64,000 bases of DNA from Trichosphaerium sp. ATCC 40318 (GCA_038496445.1 JALMLS010000376.1:248001-312000); one strand, 5' to 3'; shown: positions 1-13,926, counted from the stretch's first letter. Made by a program: numbers and translations. Notes: a model not told the origin generated them from the letters alone.

Positions 1-844
1 AACAATCCTTCCAGGTGGACTTATTTCTATTATACCAATCGCCCCTTCTTGTTTTATCCATTGTATGTATTCGTCACGCTTAGCAGGAAAGCGGTTTGTT
101 ATTACAAGGCGAGAAGTTTTATTTCCGTTCAACCACCATACTGCTTCTGTATTTTCATTGTTCATGCTTACAAACCTTAAACCAGTGCCAAATACCATAC
201 TTATTGCTTCTGACTCGAACGTCGTTTCGTTGTCAACCTTAAAATACAATTGGGATGCCACGCACGCAAACCAGATCGTAAATATGACCACGTGATGCAG
301 TGCTACCATTTTCATACGTTATGCAAAAGAAGTCGGATTTTCTAAACAAGCGTTCACGTGGAATAGTCAGAAAGCGCTAGTGACGTCATGTGTAAGGTCC
401 TCATCACTACAGCAGAGAGTGTTAATACGTTTTTGGCTAGTTGTTTATAGATGCCGCAATGTGTCTTCACCGGTGCAAAAATGAGTCCGCCAGTATTTTT
501 CAAGCGCACTTTTTATTTCCCCGCTCTTTGTTGGAGTTTTGTGCCCTTAAAAGGAAGTTTTGCTCAAAAATGAGCCCTAAAAGGCAGTTGACATAATTGG
601 CTGTACCCACATGGAGTTTTCGGCACTAAAAAAAGTGGGTTGGTCACAAAGAAAACTGTCGCATTGTTTGTATTTACACGTGTTTTATTTTATTTTTTTA
701 CGAAAGCTGAGGCCTATTTATCTTCATTTTTACTCTCCCAACTCCATCATCGCTTTGGGGTGACATCATCCTCATTCTTTGTGAACTCTGCCTCGCTAGA
801 ACGGAGTGTTAGACGAAGGGATAAATGCTTGATTCAGGCGACAA

Positions 845-3214
845 CTAACCTTGCTGCAGAGCATCAACTACCCTAGGAGTAATATCACCAAGTGGCCTAA
901 CATTTGTTGCAACATGGAGATCTATTTCAGGTATACGTTGTTTAATAGTTGCTGCTAGAGACTGATAATCTCCTCTCCACCTAAATGCATGGTTAGCCTA
1001 TGCTGATAGAGCTTTTGGTTCATCTACGTACCAGAAGGGAATAGTAATTAATCTAATACCGAGCTCCTCACATTGATGTGCTTTTTCGGAGTCTCTTAAT
1101 TGGAATAAACCCACTGGAGAGCTGTTTGGGAGCACATCAAAGTAGTGGTGTTCGCCTTGTATTTAAAATTATTGTACCGATAAGAAAGTAAAGGCAGTTG
1201 ATTTGTACCTTGATACTCAAGTGCGAAATTATACTGTGGTACATAAATATCCACAACCAATGTATGGCCTGTAAATCCTCTTACTCCAATGCAATGCTCT
1301 TCTAGTATCTCTATTTTAGGTAATAGATACTTCAACATATCCTTAAGCCATCTACAATACTATTAGGAGCTCAAACAATAGAGAAACCAAAAAAGCTGTC
1401 TCGATAAAAAAAACCGAAAAGATGTAGGCAATACTCACCTTTGAGTTGACTTTTTGTTGGAAGTAAAGAACTTTTTAGGTTCCCATAACACTTCTGGATG
1501 TATAGCAGAAAGGATGCCAGGAAAGTAGTGCAACAAACCAGACCCACCAATCTTCTTTATTTGTGGTTGTGATATTCTATACCTAAATAAAGAAACCATC
1601 CATTTGTTTCGGTTTTTTTTTCACTGCTTTGTTTTAGAATTGTAGCACATACCATTGTTCAGCTGATGTTATACGAAGTGCTTTTTCTGCAAAACGAAGA
1701 AAAGTCTTAACGTTTCTTATATCCTTCCAAAAATACGGCGTTCGGATGGTTTGTATTAGCTTTATCTCAGTAGATTCTTCAGGTATATTTATATGTGGAT
1801 ATATAGACTCTATAGCACGCCCAACTGATCCACGATACCTTGAGAGGTTTGATCAGCTTTGGTTTTAAAACAGGCCCAACAAAAAGTGACAATAATTTCA
1901 GTGAAAACAGTACATACTTGTTTATGATACTTTGAGCACCAAACTTTTCGAAAGATTCCTTCTTTAGTTTCAGCCAGTCGCCTAATACTTTGACACCAGC
2001 AACTTCACTCATAGAATCAAACTTTGCTCGGTGAGCTAATAAAACATCTTTACGGATCTTGGCTCTAATAAACTGTCAAACAAAAACATTCTCACCATAT
2101 CAATAACAACACGTGCCTAAATCTCTTTCTGTTCCACATTACTTCAGGAAAGATATACTCTAGTGTGTTGTATAAAGAACCACCGTACCTAGGTATGACT
2201 AGTTAGTCAAGAAGAAGTGTACACACTTGTAGTTGATAGTACATCTTAAGCACAGAACCAGCACCAAGAGCATATGCGTCTTCTTGTGTTATACGATACC
2301 AATCGGAGAACTTGCGCACGTTCAACTCGAGTGCTATTTCGCGTATCTTATTTTTTTGGTGTTCCAATTCAATCCAATAACCTTGAGTAGTATTTCTAAC
2401 TTGGTAAGCATAGTGTCAACTTTATTATTTTCAAAAAAAAAACTTGACATACCTGAAACCTTCTTTATCCCATTTCACATGTGGGTAAACAGACTCTAAG
2501 GCTCTCAATAAGGAATTGCCATATCTAATGTATTACTATTTATAACAATTTTTAAGTATTTTAACGTACTGTAGCATAGCGCTTATTCCACCACAATCAA
2601 CAATGTCAGTGTAAGCAACATTGTACCAATCTGATACCACCTTAACACCCAAGCTACTTCCAATAGCGTTAAAAATCTCCATACGATTTAAAATACTCTG
2701 CCAATGACCTTGAGGTACTTGTCTACATAAGTATTGTTAATCTCATCATCTGTTACACAAGGGGAAGACTTACGAAAAATTCCATAATCTCCACTCATGT
2801 TCTGGGTACAATTCTCTTAATACCTCATGCACAGATCCGTATCTGGTAATACTTGAGTCTTTGCACAGTAGTTTAACATTGTAGGAACTTACCTCTTTAA
2901 TAGAGGGGATGTTGAAGCCGGAAAGTCCTCTCTTGAGATTTGATACCAATCGTCAATTGTTTTCACCCTTAGTCGCTTCCCAATGTCTGTGTCAAGTAAG
3001 TGCCTTGCTTGCTTCTTGCGTGCTTTATCTTGAGCCAGTAACTTGTCTTGTAAATTGATCAGCGCTTGTCAAATAATACAATACGCTCAAAATCGCCGCT
3101 GTATGGCTCTACTATAGCGTTTACCTTGTCGAAGCTTTTTCTGAATTATCTTAGCGTTAATTGATTTTTGCCTACTTTTACGCCTTCTAATAGCTGCTCG
3201 CATGCGTAGAGCAT
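845..3214 (-). CDS. Multi-exon protein with about five ~70-aa tandem repeats and a C-terminal PD-(D/E)XK/Vsr-like nuclease domain
   Basis: Spliced exons give recurring units (LRVKTIDDWYQISRED; LGVKVVSDWYNVAYTDIVDCGGISAML; AGVKVLGDWLKLKKESFEKFGAQSIINKY; LRITSAEQW..RISQPQIRKIGGSGLL), followed by LVVDIYVPQYNFALEYQGEHHY...RDSEKAHQCEELGIRLITIPFW. Both ends are approximate. Confidence 0.75.
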
Positions 3215-3354
3215 ATACAAACAAGGTTTAACGTGTCAAATTTGTCATTTTACACTATATTCATAGCCAATACGCCAGTCGCTCATTGCCCACTGAACCC
3301 ATCGATTTGTAAAGAAAACAAACATTTAATGTCAATGACAGTCTTTTTGCCTGA

Positions 3355-4535
3355 ATGTTACTTAGCCGCGGAGGACTTCGCTCTGTTAATCGAAAGGCGT
3401 GCTTTACTGTACAAAGAACTTATGCAAAACCTATTAACAAATGTAACACGCTGTCAACTTCAAAAAGCACTGGAGCGTTGATCCTGCGCATTTCAAACCA
3501 TCAGAGAAGCAATAGACATAATTTTACACGCCACAGCATTGTACGCTACTTTTCTACGACCAGATCGAGCAGAAATGGCTTTAGCTTTCGTGATATCACT
3601 AGTAAAATACCAGGCAAGCATAATTCAAGCTTCATGCTCCTAACATCCACTTAACAGACCTTGAAACTATACCATTCTTTCAATCAATGTCAAATGTAAT
3701 GTGGACAGTGATTGGCGTAAACGTAGTCATTTTCATTTTGTGGAATGTCGTTGGAGTAACCCCAAAAGCCCAAGAAATCTTGTATGAACAGCTATCGACT
3801 AGGCCAAAAGATATTGAAGAAGGACGCGTGCACACTGTCATTACACACGCATTCAGGTAAGTACACAAAATGTGGTTCCATTTTTGTTGACACTTCCTTT
3901 GTTGATAGTCACAATACATTGCTTCATCTCGCTGCAAATATGCTTGGTATTTTCTTCTTTGGTAAAGAAGTCTTGCTGACGATAGGCGCAAACCGTTTTA
4001 TTGGCTTATACCTTGGTACATCCTTACATGCTAAAACTTGATGGTTATTAATGATCTTTTAGCTTGTGCTACTACTGGTGCACTTGCTCACTACATGACA
4101 ATGTACAGCATGTATGGCAGACAAGGACGCGGTGTGCCTCTACTAGTACGCAGCTATATTAGAATGCAACGCTAATACTTCTCTTAAGGGAGCGTCAAGC
4201 GCTGTGTATGGCATAAGTGTACTTTCTGCTGTAAGTTTCGAGAAAAACCTGCAAGTTAAAGTGACCACTGACACGTGTTCTAGGCTATTGCTCCACATAG
4301 AATTATGTTATTGTACTTGGTTATACCTGTACCAGTATGGTTGCTTGTATGTGGGTTCATAGGCATAGATATATTAAGCGCCAACAGAAATACTGGTTAC
4401 TCACACTCAGCTCACATCGCAGGTATTGCACACGTTTTTATTCATTTCTTTCTTGTTGTAACACCTCTTTTTTTTGTAGGCGCTGCTACAGGCTTGCTAT
4501 ACTATATGCTTCTCAGAAGAGCAAGAATAGTATAG
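3355..4535 (+). CDS. Rhomboid intramembrane serine protease, PARL/Pcp1-like, with probable mitochondrial presequence
   Basis: Arg/Ser-rich N-terminus; spliced motifs HAFSHNTLLHLAANM, GASSAVYG (catalytic Ser) and HSAHIA-G (catalytic His). Confidence 0.9.
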
Positions 4536-4674
4536 AATTAGGAAACGATCATCAGTAAAAATCCGAAAATGTAAATTAAAAGTGTCACAAACAAACTTGG
4601 ACGTTTACATTTTATTGTGACTCGAAGAGGAAAATCAATAGCGAAGCAAAACAGTTATTACCTAGTTTTCGTTA

Positions 4675-5839
4675 ATGGTTAAACAAACCTACTGGACTTT
4701 AAGCGAACCCGATTATCAAATAGTGCACACCAAAATGGAGGCAGTTCCCGAAAGTATCAGCTCTAAGCTGAAGTTATGCAGGTACACCATTAGCGGTGTG
4801 AAAGTATTTTTACGTGCAGGAGACCCAAGCCAGTACCAGAAAGTAGTAAACGGCTTGCTACGCTCGCCAAACGATGAAGGTTAGCTTTACGTACCAAACA
4901 AAGGTATTTACACGCATAGATCTAAAAAAATGGAGTAAAGAAGGTCTACTGCCTTACTGGTGCGTAGTGTGGGATAGAACACTTGCGTTTTGCGACCTCA
5001 TAACAAAGCTACCTTTGCAGAACAAAAAAGTACGTTTAAACCGTCTATAAATGCAACTCACAGGCAAAGGTGCTCGAACTGGGGAGTGGTATCGGTACTA
5101 GCACATTTTTCCAACCGACTTTTTGACGCTAGCAAAGGGTTGGTTGGAATGTACTAAAAATGTAGAATTAAATTGTTTAAATGCAGGTATGGGCGGAGTA
5201 GTAGCTGCAAAGGTGCGTTACACATCATGCTTTAGTTTCTATCTTATATAATCAAGAGAGGTGCAAAAGTCACGTGCACTGATTATGAGACCGTTAGTCT
5301 TCAAGTACTCAAGCAAAACGCGCATATGAATGTTGTTGACATAGCAACACACTGTCTCAATTGGTAAGCTATAGCTAGAGCAATTGAGAGTCTAATTTAA
5401 ACCCTTATTAACTTACTCATTAGGAAAGATGAAAGCACTTGGTTAGATGATGACTTTGATGTTGTATTAGCGCTAGAGTGCTTGTACGTTTTAGAGGTAA
5501 GTCGTAGTTCATTTGCATGTATTCTTAATAATGTCACAGGACTCTATGGCTTGCCTTAAGGTATTGACAAAGTACATACGAGGAGGTGCTATCGCTATTG
5601 TTGTTTCTGATCCTTCTCGCCTTCCTGTTGAGCCGTTTACTAAAGAAGGTACAGATAGTTTTCTCCCCAACAAAGTTTATACTTACAAAGCATTTGAACA
5701 AGTTGAACGGTTAAACTTTAACTTGAGTGAGAGATATGACATTATATACGAAGGAGAAAAAAAGTATCGTATTTTTGCGTGTAGCAATGATCCACTAAAA
5801 CATAGGGAATATGTGGATATAATAAATAATTGTAGGTGA
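4675..5839 (+). CDS. Class I SAM-dependent methyltransferase, Methyltransf_16 (METTL21-like protein lysine MTase)
   Basis: Spliced motifs YWCVVW, VLELGSG, GAKVTCTDY, LNW and FDVVLALECLY. Confidence 0.85.
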
Positions 5840-6072
5840 ATAGTTAACTATTAAATTCACAACTTTTATTCACACGTGATGTGAAACCACGTAAGCAAGT
5901 CAAGTTAAAAACAATATACAAATACCCGCCCGTTAAAAATAGAGAAGACAAGACTGCAATCATAATCTCACACAAGTACTGCAAACAAACCAAAATATTC
6001 AAAAATAGAAAGAGCGCTCGGGTCAAATTGAGTCGTTGACACTTTTGTAAATAATTTGCATTAACCTTGTGT

Positions 6073-7830
6073 ATGTCACCTGTAAAAACTCTTATTTGCC
6101 TTGCTGCGATATTCATTACCAGCTGGGCATACAAAGTTAATTATGTAGATGGTTTAAAGATAACTTCGTTCGATGGCACTATTATAAGCGCAGATGCGGC
6201 TATCCCTATACCAGAAAAAGCGAATGAAACATTCCCTGTACTTATATTCGCTAACAGTTGGGGTATTCCTCAATTTGAGTACATCCAAAAAGGTACGACG
6301 CTGAGTGCGGTATAAATTTATAGTTGGCCAACTCAATGTTTTTCAAAAATTTACGGATAATTAGTTCTCGCGTGGGGCGAACAAGGATACATTATGCTTG
6401 AGTACGTGAAGTCTTTGAAGTCCTCCACATTTGTTTTAAAAGCCCACAAAGCACCCAAAAGGAGCAAACCTTTCAACACGTTTTTTTTAATTTCATAAAA
6501 CAGGTACGAGACACGTGGTTGGTATGATGAACAAGGCGATATTGATGTAGCAGGACCGAAGGACCAAAGAGATTTTAGCGCTGTTGTTGACTTCATTGTT
6601 AACCAAACGTCTTGGTATCCAGATACGAAGAACATAGCTGCGTGTGGTATCTCATACGGCGCTGGTATTTCTCTACTTGGCAGCGCACGTGACACACGCA
6701 TTAAAACAGCTGTCGCTATGAGTGGATGGGGTAATATGTACGACGCTCTAAACGGAGGAAACTCTCCTTCTTTAATTTGGGGTGATCTATTGGTTCTATT
6801 GGGGAAGATTGTTGGGAAAGTTCCTCAATCATTACTCACCCTACAAAAACAATTATTAGCAGGAAAGAACTTTACAGGCATAGAAGCATTCGCTAAAGTA
6901 CGTTCACCAATAGATGTTGTACAAAACATGAACGAAAGAAATCTTCCTGTTTTCGTTTCAAACAACTTTGAAGATCGTCTTTTTAAGCCCAACTATGCCC
7001 TTGATTTTTGGCAAGCAATAAAGGGCGAGAAGATGCTCTTACTAAATCAAGGGATCCACGCTACAGCAGAGTTAGGTGGGCTATTTGGGATTAAGGACAA
7101 CTACGTTTGGGAAAAGGTTAAACTTTGGGTTGATTACTGGCTTAAAGGCGAACAAAACGGCATACTCGATGAACCAAAGCTTCAATTTCAGCTAAGAAAT
7201 GACTTTAGTAAGCGTAGCTTTTTTAAAGAATGGCCACCTTCAAGTGCAATCAAAACTGAGTTTTACTTTTCTCCACGTGGGTACGACTTATTTGGTAAAC
7301 TATCAACATCAAAAACAATCTCAAAGACAGTTGATACTATCGGCAAGAGTGATCTTTCTGGTCTGAATGCTGGTGTACCAGTTATCGGCGAGATCTTTTC
7401 GGTATACGTCGATGTACCTATCCTCGCGGACTTGCCTCTCGTCTCACGTGAAGACGCTATTGTTTTTGCTAGCGAGACAATCAAATCGAGCGCAAGGATT
7501 TGCGGCACTCCAAACGTCACTATCTCTGTGAGCAGCAACCAAGACAAATATCAAGTTGTGGCTTACCTCTATAAAGTCGATTTTCTTGGTGTTGGTACGC
7601 TAATAGCACACGGTCCTTGGACACAGTGGAAAGGTCAAGTTGGTCGCGTTGATACAACTACAATCAGTATGAATGCAGTATGCGTTGATGCCGATGCTGG
7701 TGAATATTTCGCCGTTGGCATATCGTTGTTTGACGTTCTGTACCAACCAGCGAACTCTAACAGTGATCTTAAAGTATCTATTCATTATGATAACCCTCCA
7801 ATAGTACAAATACCTATTGTATCTACTTAA
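6073..7830 (+). CDS. Secreted CocE/NonD-family (peptidase S15) alpha/beta hydrolase
   Basis: Signal peptide MSPVKTLICLAAIFITSWA; motifs FANSWG, YETRGW, nucleophile elbow GISYGAG, NNFED and GIHATAE; C-terminal PepX_C-like beta domain; two introns near the 5' end. Confidence 0.9.
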
Positions 7831-7997
7831 TAAATATACAACATTTATACCTAATCACTGTTGGATTTTTAACCAAAGTACTTTTACCAAACCACCGCAG
7901 CTCTAGTATATAGTCCATGAGTTGGGTGTCAAACTAGCAATTTTGCCGAAAAAACAAAGTACAAACACGTGATTGATAATAGATAACCCGGGCAGCT

Positions 7998-8637
7998 TTA
8001 TTTGGTCTTTTCTGTCTTAACTTTAGCAGCAAAGGCATTAACGTAATTCACTTGATCGTCATTCTCTACTGAGCCCGGAACAAAGCTTCGTATTTTTTCT
8101 ATTGCCTCTTCGCCACTCATACTATGATAGCGAACAAAATAGCAAGATAACACCAATCCCGTGCGACCTACAGAACAACTGAATAAAAAAAAATGAAAAC
8201 CAAAATCAAGAACCTCTTCCTGCTTGACAGTGAACCAACACATTCTTACCATTCATCAAACGCCTTTAGAACCAAACAGTGAGCAACACGCACATCAAAT
8301 ATAAACGTGACGTACTCGTGCATGATAGACAAGGTACTGTCCAAATCAGAAGTTGGCGTTGAGAAATCTTGCATAGGAAAGTGAACAGCTTCATAACCAT
8401 CATCTTTGTATTTCTGAACAAGGTCTAGGTTCAAGAAAGATTTGTATTCAGAGCTTTTTTAAACAACAATAAGCCAAACACTTTAAAAAAAGGGCGATCA
8501 TACGCTGGTAATAAGCATACTACGGTATTAACTTCATATTCGGCTAAATTATCGTATGGACTCAAATAAATCGGTATAGGAGAACGAAATAGTGATCCAG
8601 GCACTCCAGGTGCGTCTATTTTAGTCCACAGGGACAT
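7998..8637 (-). CDS. Small dual-specificity/tyrosine phosphatase (CDKN3/Cdc14-like)
   Basis: Acid loop HFPMQDFSTP; spliced CX5R motif VLVHCQAGRGRTG; C-terminal PGSVENDDQ. Confidence 0.9.
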
Positions 8638-8711
8638 TATGAGAATTGACTCAAGTAAGACTTTGGCTTAATCTATTTTTGATAAGTGATTTTTTTTTAC
8701 ACTTCTACTCC

Positions 8712-8727
8712 AACTCCACGTGGAGTT
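8712..8727. promoter_or_regulatory. Perfect 16-bp palindrome AACTCCACGTGGAGTT (CACGTG core) upstream of the phosphatase gene
   Basis: The sequence is self-complementary and lies about 75 nt upstream of the ATG at 8637. A regulatory role is inferred only. Confidence 0.3.
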
Positions 8728-8769
8728 TACTATTTACAATCTTACTAAAACCTTTAGTTTTAGAGCAAA

Positions 8770-10369
8770 TCATCGGAACAGCAGTTCAATGCAAATCATG
8801 AAGCTCCAACTAGCCAACAAATCCTAAAACAAATGGTTTGTTAAATACTGAAACGACACTTCCAAACAAAGTTAACATCAATATGATGTTGTACCATTAT
8901 TGCTGTTACAACTGGAACGCCTACATTATCTGGGTTCATTTTAAACATAATACCAATCATAGTAACATAATAAGCAACAGCAGATGCGCTTGCAACAACT
9001 AATGTCATTATAACAAGCATGCAAGCTATTTCAAAAACTTTGCTAGGGAGAACAACAGATAGACCAATACCCACAATACACTTAATAGTAGCTACTGCCA
9101 TACCGAGAACCTAGTATCAAGTAAGTAAGTATCCTTCATATGAACGGCCTTACAATAGCTTCGTTTAGAATCGTCCGTGGTGGCATAGACGGTAGCTGCA
9201 TTAGTTCACGTTTTGCCTATTGAGCGTTATAAGCAAAAACGGATAGTTAAATCGATACTCACGTGTTGCAAGGAATACCACGTGCCCACACGTGATGCGA
9301 ATACAGAGCCTACACACCCAGCCATTGCATTGAACAAGGGAGCTATTGACATGAGTATAACCAAACTGTCATCTAAACAAGTGAGCGTTAGGTGTAAATG
9401 TAATGTAGAGGTTGATGTACCATCCTGTTTTTCATTTTCCTCAAGTACAATCTCCAAAGCAACACCAGCAAGAAAACTTACTGTCATACAACCACATAAA
9501 ACTAAACCACGTTGCCTAATAATGTATCAACATTAAAATATTTGCAAAAAAATCTCAAACGCACTTAATGGAATTTGTCAACCACTTCGCTCCAACACGC
9601 CTCACTATATGATAAGCCAAGTAAGGTACAGTACAGAATGCTATGACAACAACAGTTACTTGCATCCAATAAACAAAGTACCTAATCAATAGGATGAGAA
9701 CAAAAGCTGTTTGAAGTTCTATTTATGACAAGTCTCACCTAACAAGCATCAAGCTTACTAGAACAATTGGAAGTGTTATAAGGTCTCCAATAGTTGTAAT
9801 AAGTGGTGGAGCAATATTATCGGGGTTGTAGCCTCTCTTTATACTACCATAAACAAGCAACGATACCATCTCTAGCATTATGACAGATGACGATACAGCA
9901 GCCAGTATACATATAGATTGAAGAACCATGATTGGTGCTTGTGTCAAACCAAACATTGGGGATAGTACCATAGATAGAATGACCAAAAAGCATGAAAACG
10001 TTATAACCTCTCCTAAGCTAAGCAAGAACGAAGCGTCAATTTCATTTTTCTCCGTTAGATCAGTTGGCAATTGATTTTCTACTGTGTTCTTTTCTTTTAG
10101 ACTTCGAAGAGATACTATTGTACTAAGTTTAGAGCAAAGAGAGCCATAAACTTGACCACGTAAGCCAATCAATCCTAACTAATATTAGCGCTCCTTCTTG
10201 TGCGTAGTAATGTACCAGGTATGAGCGTTAACAGTCCGGGAACAGCTACAAAAGTTTTACTAAAGCGCGAAATTACAAAGCCTGGTATAAAGCTTATTCC
10301 TGCGCTTACAATAAACGAAGCTGTAGACTCAGCGTAAAGAGACACCAACGCCTTCATTTTAACTGACAT
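8770..10369 (-). CDS. SLC41/MgtE-type divalent cation (Mg2+) transporter with two MgtE membrane domains
   Basis: First domain: IGLRGQVYGSLCSKLST and NPDNIAPPLITTIGD. Second domain: AGCVGSVFASRV and NPDNVGVPVVTAIMD. Confidence 0.9.
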
Positions 10370-10492
10370 AAAACAAAAAACCAAAACATGAGACTTAAAA
10401 AATACTTTATTCTAGCTTAACTACATTTTAACAATCGTTTCTTATTCACTCACATCACTACAACAATCAGTTAGATTATACAGCATTAACAA

Positions 10493-11975
10493 CTAAAGAA
10501 CCTGTGGGTATCCTGGCTGCCCTGGATATAGCTGTTGTGGTGGCGCTTGTCCTGGATAAGCCTGACCAGGTTGTCCTGGGTATGCTACTCCAGGCTGCCC
10601 TGGGTAAGGTTGTTGTGGAGGCGCTTGTCCTGGATATGGTTGCGAAGGATATTGTCCATATTGTACAGGAGGTGCACCAGGTTGGCTTAAACCTTTGGAA
10701 AAATTATGAGAATGTTTAAACCAATAAATACTCACTCCCTGGATATTGCTGTAATGTGTGACCACCAGGTACAACTCGCTGACCAGATGGTGGAGCTGGA
10801 GGGAGTGGTTGTGATAAAGGAATAGGGAACGGTTGAGCAAATGGTACATGATAGCAAGCACGCCAAGCGTGATCTTAATAAAGGTGTTAGAACAGTCCAC
10901 TCTAGCGATTAACTGTGTACCAAGTACATTTCGGCATTTATCGTAGCTATAGAATGAGTAGAATTGATGTATCTAAGAAAACTAAATAAAAACTGCTCGG
11001 TAACACGTGGTTAATTTTAACGTACTGTGCCATCACGTGTGTAAACAAAAATTGCATTAGGTTTAGCTTGAGGAGTTGGCAATTGAATGATTGGTGGTTT
11101 AGTTGAGTCACTGGCACTTAAAGATACTGCAGGTTGGATTGTTACAATATTTTTAAGAGGAATCATCATCTAAAAATCAGAGTTAACAAAATGGTTCTTC
11201 TCCTCACTTTTTGTACGTACAGATAGACGACCAACGTTTGATTTGAGACCAGAATAGCAGAGGTAGTTGTCTGATACAAAGAGGTATCCTACAACAAACA
11301 TTGAAGGACCATTTACTATTTTGCATGTAAACTCTCCCCACAAGTTTTCTAGCTAAATACCAGTTAGTATCACAGCGACGATAAAATTGTTTTGTACCCA
11401 TGGAAGTCTAAAGAATCGTCTGAAGCGACTACAAGTCACAGTAAGTACTCAAATTTGATGAGGACCAACGTACTCGCTTGCTTGATTTGCTAGTTCTCTT
11501 CTGGTTGCATTTTCAGTTGCCATAGCAGCGCTGTCAACCTGTAACATTTTAGAAAACAAATATTTGACAGCACTGGTCGTACGGTTTTGACTACTTCATG
11601 CGTAACTTGCTCGAGTGTGTTTGATAGTGACGCAAAGAAGCCACCCCGGCTCTTTTTCTTTTTGTTTTGTATTTCGGATCCTTTTTGATTATAATGGGCT
11701 TTTTTTTCCGCCTGGCGCTGTCCACGCGCTAGTGCTGGTATTGGTTCGGTAATCTACAAATAAAAATCATTAACATGGGTTCCACCCGAAAAAAATCACT
11801 TTACTTACCACTGGAGGATGTGGGGGAATTGGTCCTTGGTTCGCCATTGGCGTATAACCGATTGCGTTAACATTAGGTTCAACAGCTTGTAAACGTTAGT
11901 AATAGTTGTCGATACTACCGTACGTGGTGCTGGAATTGGTGAGGGTTGTACAAAAGGTGGCCAAGTTGCTTGCAT
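10493..11975 (-). CDS. GRAM-domain (GEM-like) protein with Pro/Gln/Tyr-rich termini
   Basis: Spliced [47 protein letters not shown]; C-terminal YPGQ repeats. Confidence 0.75.
10500..10660 (-). repeat. Coding low-complexity tandem repeat (YPGQP/APPQQ)
   Basis: Translation [47 protein letters not shown]. Confidence 0.85.
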
Positions 11976-12198
11976 TGCGTTATTCGTGTTTTTTCAATTT
12001 GTAGAATGTCCGGTTTTCCGAACAATATAAGAAAAAAAACACGTGGGTGGTAAATCAGCGTCTGTACATAAAGTGTTAACAAAGAAAATGGTGTACAAAA
12101 TAGCTACAGACAAAAACGGTAGTCAACGTGATTACCTTCGCAAAAGGCAACGTTACAAGATTGTTTAGCGTCAACTTGAGTGTGGTTTACTCTTTGCA

Positions 12199-13772
12199 AT
12201 GGATTGCGGCAATGAGCACCCTCTAAAAGGTTTATGGCTTGTATATTTTTATAAAACGCTTATACGTATTCAGGAGTGGAGCAGATACATGGTGGCGGCG
12301 TCTTTCAGGCAAATAATACATTTGGGGCTTACGAACCCGTACATTCCTCTCACACACCCCACAAGGTGGTACACAATGTATATAGCCTTATTGCAAAAAT
12401 TGCTGGCCTAGCAAGTCTGTGGTTCATTTGCTCAGCACTAACGAACGGAACGAACAAAGTACGCGAATTGAAACCCATACAGCATCATTCTACGTATTAC
12501 AAAAAATAGTACAAACGCAACGTGGTAATACTGACACATGCAAGGTTATTCTTACCACAGCACCTTACCCAATTACACTAACGATGATTCAATTCATTAC
12601 CATCATAATATACTGTCTCATACTCATTAAATTTAATTTAACGAGAGTACGTACACGAATTGCATGCGAACAAAACAAAAACGCCACACAAAGTGACATT
12701 TTACTAATAAAAATATGAACTCTCAGGTGACAACTCTAAAAATGACAAATGCAACAATCCTACGAAAAGTCATCCCTCTATCAATCGGTCATATTGGAAC
12801 ACGCCTATTTCATCAATTTGCACTAGAGTTTGTTCCAGTATCATTTGTACATACAGTAAAGGTATGACTCACTTGTTAAAGAACAAATGACGCTAAAAAA
12901 ACTCATTCTACAAAATCCCATGTTCTATGTCATTGCTAGAAAAAAACTAATTAATAACCTATTAAACAGGCCACAGCACCAATTTTCGCTATTATACTAT
13001 CTCGGGTTATAATGAATGAACGACATTCATTTAAAATTATAATGACTATTTTCCCTATCATTAGTGGCGTAGCTATAGCTGCAACAAACGAATTAAACTT
13101 TCATTATATCGGATTCGTATCAGCTCTTTGTGGAACTTGTTCAATAACTCTATTGAACGTATTTACAAAACGTATTCTAGTAGAGAAACAGATCACTGAA
13201 ATACAACTATTACTTATGACTGATATTCTTGGTATATGCTTACTTACACCTTTTTGGGTATTACTAGAAGGACTAGGATTATTTCAACATCTTTCAGAAA
13301 ATGGAACGCATTTGATAACTCTTGTTTTTCTTAACGGATTTTGCTACTTTGGTCAAGTTATACTCGCTTTTGCTCTTATTAATACAGTATCTAACTTGAC
13401 TTACTCTGTTTGCTCTGTAAGCAAACGTGTTTTCGTCATTCTTATGGCTGTAATGTACTTTGGTAATGAGGTACTTCTTCACTTTTCGTTCGTTTTTTTT
13501 TTCTTTTTTTTGTACTTTAGAATCCAAACAATTCTTTGTCCGTTATTCACCTTTTTTTAAAGATTAAGCCTCTGAATGCGTTTGGAATAGCTTTGGCTAT
13601 TGTAGGCACGTGTAACTAGTTAGCCCATTATACTAAACGTCAATCACAATGTGAACTAATCTCTGGTATTGTAGGTACCCTACTTTACTCAAAACTGAAC
13701 TATGACGAACTTGCTAAGCATAAAAAGAGTACACGAGCAACCTATGAAAATATATTGAAAATATCAAAATAA
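12199..13772 (+). CDS. Triose-phosphate transporter family / SLC35E1-like nucleotide-sugar transporter
   Basis: Motifs PYPITLTMIQF, VPVSFVHTVKATAPIF, ELNFHYIGFVSAL and LTYSVCSVSKRVFVI. Confidence 0.9.
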
Positions 13773-13926
13773 TTCGTTTTAACAACATAATTGACATTGT
13801 AAACAAAAAAGACACCAAAAAAGGATAAACATCGAAAATGAAAAGCGTGAAACAAACAAAAAAAAAAAGACAGATTACGTGTAACGCAAGTTTTATTTGT
13901 ATTTCGTTATTAAAAGCAAGCTTGAT

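Noticed and set aside
1-600. Possible terminal exons of a gene entering from the left edge
   Set aside because: Splice-like signals are present, but I could not establish a consistent frame or recognisable product.
3614-3657. GC-AG intron in the rhomboid gene
   Set aside because: An in-phase GT donor at 3602 works equally well, so it is ambiguous without RNA data.
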